From: Octopus sinensis
Lineage: Eukaryota
Length of the DNA stretch: 64,000 bases
Assembly: GCF_006345805.1 (NCBI RefSeq)
Contig: NC_043003.1
Location: forward strand, 8,184,001-8,248,000
Direction: 5' to 3'
The notes under the pieces were generated by a model. That model was not told the origin of the DNA and made no database searches. It saw only the letters and a list, made by a program, of their open reading frames with translations. This document shows positions 55,430 to 64,000 of the stretch, in pieces (position 1 is the first letter of the stretch; each line of letters starts with the position of its first letter). The position numbers and the translations under genes were made by a program.

Positions 55430-55445
55430 TCTTATATATATATAA
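54605..55445. repeat. (CA)n/(TA)n/(TATG)n compound tract
   Basis: Direct inspection; includes a local duplication at about 55100-55340. Confidence 0.92.
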
Positions 55446-56217
55446 TTGTGTATGAGTGCGTGAAGAGAAAACGTGAGGGACAATATATAATGTTGCAATT
55501 AAAAGAGAAAAGCAAAGAAAACTGCCCCTGTATGTGGAAAGAAGGAAGGGTGCAGGGGAAGAGTGGCGAAAGAGGTGTTGAGTGTATTTTCTGTGGTCAA
55601 ACGAGAGTATTGTGGACAGAATCAACAGGCGAGTGAGATGGACAAGAGGGTGTATGAATGGCCGAAATTAGTAAAAGATTGAAACCACTTTAAAGACGAG
55701 GTCTAGAGCAATAAAGTAGAATTGGGTCGTACACTTTATTAGGTTCATGTGAGGTTTGTAATAATCTTTCTGTGTAACTAATCTTTTTTCTCTCTCTGTA
55801 TCTCTCTCTCTTTTTTTCTTTTTCTCTCTCTTTATATGTATCTTGCTCTCTCTCTCTCTCTCCCCATTATCTGTCTTTGACACCAACATATACACGCAAG
55901 CATTTTAACTCTTTGAGTACACATATATACATCTACATACAGGTAGTTATAGAAAAGAGAAAATCTATATATATATATATAGGGAGGAGTGAAGTAGGAA
56001 GAAGGAGAGTGAGGGAGAGAGACGGGGAAAAAGAGGACGCAAGAGAATGGGTTAATGCAAATACTTTACTGTATAATAACATGTCAATCGCATACACACA
56101 TGAATATGTATATACATACGCACACATAAATATTCACGCACTTACATATATGTGCCTGCATCTATGTACATAAATTTATATGTTTATTTATGCACGTAAG
56201 TATGTATATATATATAT

Positions 56218-56248
<31 letters not shown>

Positions 56249-56538
56249 TAGATATATAGATATATATCTAGATAGATATGCATGTATGTATGTATATATA
56301 TATATGTAATATATATATATATATATGTATTATGATATATCTATGTCATGTATATATGTATGTATATACTCTATCATATAGTATATATATATGTATATAA
56401 GAAAATAGTAAAGTGTGAAAAAACGACAGAAGGCTTAAATGTTAAAAAATTATATATTTGTGTCAAAATGTCTGGAGAATATTGGAAAAATTTTTTTTTT
56501 TCCTTTCCTTAAAATGACATAATTTAAAAATTTTAAAG

Positions 56539-56572
56539 AAATTACCGGTTTCGCGTGTAGCTTTTCAAATTC
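56539..56572 (-). ncRNA. Minimal type I hammerhead-like motif, U3-A8 variant
   Basis: Minus strand: GAAT TTGAAAA GC TACAC GC GAA ACCGGT A cut ATTT; stem II only 2 bp. Confidence 0.5.
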
Positions 56573-57056
56573 TCTGTGACGTTATGTTTATATTGCATGG
56601 AATTATCGTTGTTTTTATTTCCAGGAGATTTCTAAATAAGGGGAGGTAGTGAGTGATTTTTTCCGGTGTAGGGGAGATAATCGCTTAAATTTTTTTTTTT
56701 TTTTTTTTTTTTTTTTCCTTTTCCTTGTTAATTTCTCTGTGTCAGTATGTTCGGATGGTTGAGTCTGGGTTGTACTTTTCAATGAAGAATGTTTCCTTGT
56801 TCAGTCTCATTGTGTTGATGATCCGAAAGCACATTGGTAAAATGGGAAGATTAAAATTGTGGCAGTAGTTGCTTGCGCATTTCTCAATGTGCTCACTAAA
56901 AGGTATCATTCTATATTCTGGGAATGCAATCTGTTGTCGATGCAGTGTGCATCTGCGCCTGAGTGATAGTCCGTATATACATATATATGTATATATACAT
57001 ATATGCTAGAAGTATTGGTGGTGATGCGCAGATATACATATATGTATATATATATA

Positions 57057-57108
<52 letters not shown>

Positions 57109-57986
57109 GGTATGTATATATATACTATATGTATATATATATGTGTATATATATGTACACACACGCACATATATGTATATATATATATTGAGAGAGTGAG
57201 AGAGTTTGTTTTAATAGAACATCCTCCTTTAATTGGGGATAACTACGTGTATATATGTGTGTGTATGTGTTTGTGTGTATAATTACATATGTATATACAA
57301 TATATCTTTGTGTGCCTGTGTGTGTGCATGTGTGTAAGTGTATTTAAGATTGAAAGGATTGAAAATATACATAAAGCTAAACTTAGAAACCTTGTGGCAC
57401 GACATAGAACACGTCAATTCACTTACGGAACCGTTAAACGGTTGTAAAAGATTGCAAAGAATGGTACAGAAGAACCAGAAAGAAACTCAGTTTATCGGAC
57501 AAAAGTGAGTCGAGGATTAAAGTACATCCATCAGGTCAGAATTAATAACTGTTTTCAGGCTCAAATCAATTTCTTAATTCAAATCACCCTTTCGGATGAT
57601 ATTCATCTGGCGATACAACGCTAGGTCGAAACATTAAAGTTAGTGCATATATCCTCGCTTGCCAGTGAGATTCTGTCCCCCGCACAAAAAAAAAAAAAAA
57701 CAGTGATAAATGAATTCGCGATAAATAAATCATCTCTAAACACTTCGTAAATAAACGAATCACTGTCAGCAAACTCGGCGCCTACAACAGCAAAGCTTCC
57801 ACTGTCACGTATTTCCTCGATCATCTCCACATTTTACGGATATTTGTCCTCAATTTATTTGTGATTATCGCGTTTCAGCTAATCTACCCTCCAACTTTCA
57901 ACAGGTGTCTTGGCGAAATTCCGAACCTGGGTTCTCATTCCTAAGGTATTTTTCGATGTTGTCATCATCATCATCATCATTATTGC

Positions 57987-58037
<51 letters not shown>

Positions 58038-58039
<2 letters not shown>

Positions 58040-58110
58040 TCATATTGCATAGTGGTTAAGAGCGCGGGCTACTAACCCCAAGATTACGAGTTCGTTTCCA
58101 GCCAGTGACC
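58038..58110 (+). other. tRNA-like SINE head (not a functional tRNA)
   Basis: A-box-like GCATAGTGGTTAAG, CTACTAA loop, B-box-like GAGTTCGTTTCC; mispaired anticodon and T stems. Confidence 0.7.
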
Positions 58111-58116
58111 TGAATA

Positions 58117-58155
<39 letters not shown>

Positions 58156-58223
58156 TAATAATAATAATAACAACATAGAAAAATACCTTAGGAATGAGAA
58201 CACAAGTTCGAAATTTCCCCCAA

Positions 58224-58269
58224 AACACCTGATGAAGGCTGGACGGTGTATCAGCCGAAACGTTGTGTT
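58224..58269 (+). ncRNA. Minimal type I hammerhead ribozyme
   Basis: AACAC CTGATGA A GGCTGG ACGGTGTA TCAGCC GAA ACGT T cut GTGTT; 5-bp stem I and ACGT palindromic stem III. Confidence 0.82.
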
Positions 58270-59043
58270 ACCAACAAACAACATGAGGGCTAATATCTGT
58301 CGAATGTAAATAATGTACATAATGTTCCGTACATTTCTTGTAGAGAATATATTCGTCTGCATTGTTTGGTAGGATCATGTTTCTCCATATTTTTTCTGTT
58401 CACTGGTCTCGTGAAGTAGCTAGAACCGTATACAAAAATATACTGAATTGCGTCACGTTCATGTAAAGACAAGTAATAGTTAATGCATTCTGGGAAGCTG
58501 AAAGTTGTGCGTGGCCTGTGGGGTGCGTTTTTGCGCTACAAGCAGAGTCTTTGCTTTAGCGTTTTTTCATGTTATCACGGATCAATCCGGGATAAACGTA
58601 GCATGGTTCACAATTCAGCGCACCGTGTTATCCCGGATGAGTGTGAAAGAAACAGTAATAAATGAGGCATGCATTAGTGATTCCTTTAGCTTCGTCTCAG
58701 TAAGTACGGCTAAGTCTCTATAATATCTAAGATTAGATATTATAGGCCATTTCTTGACAAAACCAGGGACACTGAAGGTTGAAATACTCAAATTAGGCTG
58801 ACATGGGTCTGAACCAAAAGGAAAACAGCTAAAGGTTTGTTATTTTAGTGATTTTAGCAAGCGGAAATTTACATCTACCCGAAAATAAAGTATATAATCT
58901 TTATTTTGTGAATAAAACTAAAATATTGATTTGCATGAAGAGTGTTGTAGTTCGCTTGAAGCATTGTAGTACAGAATTAGAATAACGAATGAAATGAGAA
59001 ACAGGAAAGCTTCAAACATTGCAGAAAGTTAAGAAAACAAAAA

Positions 59044-59080
59044 CTTTTATATTTCAGGCGCAAAGGCCTATCTTCAGAAG
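59044..59080 (-). ncRNA. Minimal hammerhead-like motif with weak stem I
   Basis: Minus strand: CTT CTGAAGA T AGGC CTTTGC GCCT GAA ATAT A cut AAAG; stem I is out of register by one base. Confidence 0.5.
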
Positions 59081-59264
59081 AATACACACAAAGAAACTCT
59101 TTTTCTTTTTTGCATAGAGCCTACCAGTTTAGATAGCCGGACGGGCTGTGACACCGTTTTAGTCCGGTGCTTGTGCTAATAGCTTCAGCTTCCTAAATCC
59201 AAAATTTTTAGCGCGTGTAAGATAGTTATTGCTATTATTTTTCTCGTCATATTGCTATGATATT

Positions 59265-59850
59265 TGATGATGATGATGAGGAGGAGGAGGAGGAGGTGGA
59301 GGTGGAGGAGGAAAAAGAGGTGAAGAAGGAGGGGAGGAGGAGGATGACGACGAGGAAAAGGAGGAGAAGGAGAAGGAAGGGTGGAGGAGGAGGATGACGA
59401 CGATGATGATAGTGATGACAATGATGATGGGGAGGAGGAGTAGGAAGGGAGGAGGAGGATGACGACAGCGATGATAATGAGGACGACGGGGAAGAGGAGG
59501 AGGAGGCAGTGGTGGACGACGACGGTAATGATGGTGATGACAATGACGATGAGGAGGGAGAGGAGGAGGAGAAGAGAAGGAGGATGATGACGACGATGAT
59601 GATGGTGATGACATCGAGGAGGTAAAGGAGCAGAAGGAGGAGGTGAAGGAGCAGAAGGAGCAGGAGGAGGTACAGGAGCAGGAGAAGGAGGAGGAGGAGG
59701 CTGACGACGATGATGATGGTGATGACGATGAAGATGATGATGAGGAGGAGGATGATGAGAATGACGATGATGATGATGATGATGATGACGACGACGATGA
59801 AAACGATGATGATGACGATGATGATGACAATGAAGAGGAGAAACAGGAGA
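59265..59850. repeat. Purine-rich (GAT/GAG/GAC)n low-complexity tract
   Basis: Direct inspection. Confidence 0.95.
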
Positions 59851-60669
59851 AGGTGAAATGGGAGGGTTAGGCAACGAGGAGGAAGACAATATGGAACAAA
59901 AGGCGACGGCAGCGACAAGAAGAATATTCTGATAATGACACTTGGCTGCTGTTTAACCCTAGGTTAACCTAGGTTAATCCCGTAGTCTTGAATATCTTCT
60001 GCAATGCTGATTTTTTGTTTCCATGCTGGTAGAGTGTGGTCTGTGGGAACTTTAGCTATTACTTCTAGCAAACTGAGCTATCACTTAGCGGCTGTTTGCG
60101 TTTGCATTGATATGAAGAAGATGGGTAGGATGGTGGGGAGAAAGAAGAATGTCTTAATTACGACGATGCTTGATGTTGTCATGACTTGCGCGCGAGAAAT
60201 GTGGATGATTGTGATGATGCTGAAGTTAATTAGAACGATGAGAAAGATAATGATCAAATTGTTACTGATAAATATTATTGAATATGAAATTCATCTGAAA
60301 CGAAGCTCCAATGAATAGTGTTTTGCAAACTGTTAATTTATTTGTCAGTGTTTTTCCTTTGAATTTATTTTGTTTTCAATTTTTAATTCTACTTCTGCTT
60401 AATTTCCAATCGTATTTTTGCCAAAAGAAGCACTGAACCGTATTAAAAAAAATATCACGTGATCAGTAACGATAGCAATCAACTGATGCGTTAAAACTAT
60501 TGAAATCATCCCCCAACACCGCAGTCACGAGAAACATCGATGATGTTGCAACGGCAACAATCATTATCACCCTCGGCTCCTACAGCTTCCATAACTGCTG
60601 TTCTCATAAACAAACATGGTTATCACTCCTGCTATCACTATCATAGTATTATAAATCACAACAATAAAG

Positions 60670-60713
<44 letters not shown>

Positions 60714-60726
60714 AGCACGTGATACC

Positions 60727-61333
60727 TATTTCTTTACTACCCATAAGGGGCTAAACACAGAGAGGACAAACAAGGAGAAGGCAAACGGATTAAGTCGATT
60801 ACATCGACCCCAGTGCGTAACTGGTACTTATCTAATCGACCCCGAAAGGATGAAAGTTCAAAGTCGACTTCGGCGGAATTTGAACTCAGAACGTAACGGC
60901 AGACGAAATACCTATTTCTTTACTGCCCACAAGAGGCTACACACAGAGGGGATAAACAAGGACAGACAAACGGATTAAGTCGATTATATCGACCCCAGTG
61001 CGTAACTGGTACTTATTTAATTGACCCCGAAAGGATGAAAGATAAAGTCTACCTCGGCGGAATTTGAACTCAGAACGTAGCTGCAGGCGAAATACCTATT
61101 TCTATTTCTTTATTACCCACAAGGGGCTAAACACAGAGGGGACAAACAAGGACAGCCAAACGGATTAAGTCGATTACATCGACCCAGTGCGTAACTGGTA
61201 CTTAATTTATCGACCCCGAAAGGATGAAAGGCAAAGTCGACCTCGGCGGAAATTGAACTCAGAACATAACGGCAGACGAAATACGGCTACGCATTTCGCC
61301 CGACGTGTTAACGTTTCTGCCAGCTCACCGCCT
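60727..61333 (-). mobile_element. SINE family B trimer with 16-bp target-site duplication
   Basis: TACAGCACGTGATACC at 60711-60726 and 61334-61349; units start at 60727, 60913 and about 61100. Confidence 0.92.
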
Positions 61334-62606
61334 TACAGCACGTGATACCACAATACAAAAACACTAACATTCCTGAAATGTCCTAATTTCCACAGGTTGA
61401 CATCATCATCTTCTTCATCAACAAATTCTACTCTTCACAATCAATAAGACTGACTTCCCCAAACAAAATAAAACCTCTGTCGTTAAAAGAATTCGCCAAA
61501 CCATATTTCGTTTCCCTTGTCTTGCTATAGAAGAGAATAATAGGCTCACGTGTGCGAAAACAAATATTTCACCACGTGACTAAAAACCATGTTAGCAATT
61601 AATTGAATACAATTCTTATGAATTGATTTTATTTTGCTTTCTTCCTTTCCATTTTCAAAACCATTCATTCGACAAAAATCTAATTAGTTTCATATATTTC
61701 AAAAATTTATTAGTTTTTTCTTTTGTTTTTTTAATATAAAAATTATCTTGCTAATAAAAATTTTGGTTGGTATCGATAGTAACAAATCAAACTAAATGAT
61801 TCGGGTTACTAAGTTCATTACTACAATCTACTTAGTGCAATTAATCCTGAAATATTTGTAAAATATTTCAATTAGTAGAATCATAAGTGGATTAAATGTT
61901 TTTCAAAAGATTTCTTTTCTAAATGGTGTTATCAATATATGGCACCGCAATCGTAACAGGTGTCGAGTCAACACAGGGAAATATTCATTAACCGTATCGT
62001 ACCATTGGTAATAATTCTTTCTTATGTTTGACGCAAACTTAGCAATTTTGAGATGAGGGGGTGTAGCGGATTACGTCGAACCCACCGTACATCTAGTTGC
62101 TATTTTATCGACCACGAAGATGAAAGATAAAGTCGACCTCTGCGGAGTTTGAACTCAGGATGCAAAGCCTGCTCGGTTGAAGGAGGGCGGTGGGGCAATA
62201 ATCACTAAATACTTGGCTTATAGACGGATCCATCCAACACATGATAGCAGTTGTTCGACATAAACCAGAAATGCCAGGAAGACACTGACCGAGTGCGTGC
62301 AGAACGGTTTACTCAATTTGTGGGCACCCTGGACAAGCTCGTGTGATAGCACATCCGTGCCTGCAGAGCATATGGCGATTTAAATAAGAGTTTTGACTGT
62401 TAATTCCAGCAGGTAGACATACTTAGTATTTCATTTGATTAATTTTAATCCTTCAGCTATTTTTTCGGGGGCCCGCAATCGCCTGTATTAATTGATTCTG
62501 TTTTTACCATTTATAAAATATTACACTAGATAATAACAAATGATATCTTCTCAAATTAATTTTTTCGTAAATTATTCGTCTCCTGAAATATTTGCTCCGT
62601 GTCGAA

Positions 62607-62639
<33 letters not shown>

Positions 62640-62957
62640 CTATATATATATATATATATATATCAACAATTGAGGGTAAAATTAATTAATTAATCAATTT
62701 CACCAAGTGTTCAGTATGTAAAAGACCATTTAAGGCGAATTCAAAATATTACATTATATAATTAGGGCTTAGTAAAATAAATTACTTTGCCACATACTGA
62801 ACTTAGTAGAAATAGCAGCCAAAAAAAATTTTCTTAGCATTTCTACTACTTAAAGAAAATTTCTCTCAGATAATGTTTACTCCAGACAGCCCACGAAGGT
62901 TTGGGGGTAAATACAGAAAAATATCACAAATACATAGATCGTTTGAGTACGTCAACG

Positions 62958-62989
<32 letters not shown>

Positions 62990-62991
<2 letters not shown>

Positions 62992-63190
62992 GGAGAGTTC
63001 ACGGAAAAAAAAAAAGACGAAGACAGGTGGTGTAGAAAACAAACAGATGTATTATTATAACGCTCAGGAATTGAAAAAGTCTTTTACGTTTGGAGCCTAT
63101 GCTCTTCTACAGAAAGGGGCACAGAAAAAATAAGAACAGAAACAAGGAGAGAAAATAAATGTGTGTAGTGGCTACCGATCTATCATGGCG
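62990..63190 (-). mobile_element. Same repeat, copy 2, with decayed HHR
   Basis: Core reads CTGTAGA and CAAA (A6U, G12C) at 63081-63116; flanked by (TA)n. Confidence 0.7.
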
Positions 63191-63194
63191 ACTG

Positions 63195-63220
<26 letters not shown>

Positions 63221-63225
<5 letters not shown>

Positions 63226-64000
63226 TAAATGAGGGTGAAAAATCGATATTAATTTAATAATACCGTCAATTTAACACCAAGTGGCTTAGCACAAAAAACT
63301 ACGGAGGAAATACAAATTTATACATAAATTATTAGAGAGTTATCCACTATGTGGATAACTCTAGTGCTAAAAATAGCTCCGAAGCAACCACAGAGATCCG
63401 TTTCCAACTAGAATCAACACACATTTAACTGAAGGAAAGTGAATACAACGAATAAAATAGATTGACTCTATACAATTGTTTCATTACTAATGCAATATGT
63501 AGTTTTACTTACACTTGCATCTATAAATCTTCGGTAGAGTTTGTCAGAAATGCAATTAATTAGATCGATTCGGGCGTCAAAAACACGAGCGGTCCAACCA
63601 ATTACATTTTTAGTTATGTCTCAAATTCCGCGCCAAAAGCATGCCTAGACTCCATTGGAAACGTATGCCGCATCAAATAAAATATTGACTGCCGCGTAGT
63701 TAAATTTATAAAATTATAAATGAGGGTGAAAAATCGATATTAATTTAATAATACCGTCAATTTAACACCAAGTGGCTTAGCACAAAAAACTACGGAGGAA
63801 ATACAAATTATACATAAATTATTAGAGAGTTATCCACTATGTGGATAACTCTAGTGCTAAAAATACTCCGAAGCAACCACAGAAGATCCGTTTCCAACTA
63901 GAATCAACACACATTTAACTGAAGGAAAGTGAAATACAACGAATAAAATAGATTGACTCTATACAATTGTTTCATACTAATGCAATATGTAGTTTTACTT
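63221..64000 (-). repeat. 491-bp tandem repeat carrying an HHR
   Basis: Unit starts AATTATAAATGAGGGTG at 63221 and again at 63712; second unit runs off the window. Confidence 0.9.
63465..63541 (-). ncRNA. Type I hammerhead ribozyme with long stem II and U4C change
   Basis: Minus strand: ACTCTA CCGAAGA TTTATAGATGCAA...TTGCATTAGTAAT GAA ACAATTGT A cut TAGAGT; 6-bp stem I, 8-nt palindromic stem III. Confidence 0.7.

Larger units (their letters stand above)
57811..58330. mobile_element. Head-to-head pair of a tRNA head-(TAA)n-hammerhead tail element
   Basis: 57811-57960 is a diverged reverse complement of 58170-58330; 13-bp inverted repeat ATTATTCAGGTCA/TGACCTGAATAAT flanks the tRNA-like body. 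Confidence 0.7.

Noticed and set aside
57600-57650. CTGGCGA...GGTCGAAACATT
   Set aside because: Core mutated and stems I and III absent
58038-58110. Functional tRNA-Ser(ACT)
   Set aside because: Anticodon and T stems mispair, and it is embedded in a repeat; treated as a SINE head
59185-59918. 190-234 aa ORFs (poly-S, poly-H/P, poly-D/E)
   Set aside because: Stop-free trinucleotide low-complexity tract with no complex flanking coding sequence
63640-63675. GGAAACGTATGC on the plus strand of the tandem unit
   Set aside because: No valid core upstream; the convincing HHR of this unit is on the minus strand

Overview
AT-rich eukaryotic, repeat-dense, apparently non-coding (intronic or intergenic) DNA. 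The SINE families and microsatellite load look like an octopod cephalopod genome; this is recognition from memory, not a database result. I found no confident protein-coding gene, rRNA, true tRNA or CRISPR array, and most ORF-track entries are microsatellite or SINE read-through. The window contains many copies of three tRNA-derived SINE families, 3' fragments of R4/Dong-type and RTE-type LINEs, mariner remnants, two non-autonomous Helitrons and long microsatellites. The main hidden signal is a set of nine minimal type I hammerhead ribozyme (HHR) motifs from eight unrelated sequence families, plus decayed copies. All nine have a self-complementary stem III of the kind described for Penelope-like element (PLE) repeats. 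They include compensatory core variants (G3-C8, U3-A8) and long-stem-II variants. They occur in a head-to-head palindrome, in a tRNA-headed SINE-like element, and in a 491-bp tandem unit with retrozyme-like architecture. Folds were paired by eye, activity is untested, and novelty must be checked against repeat and ribozyme databases.
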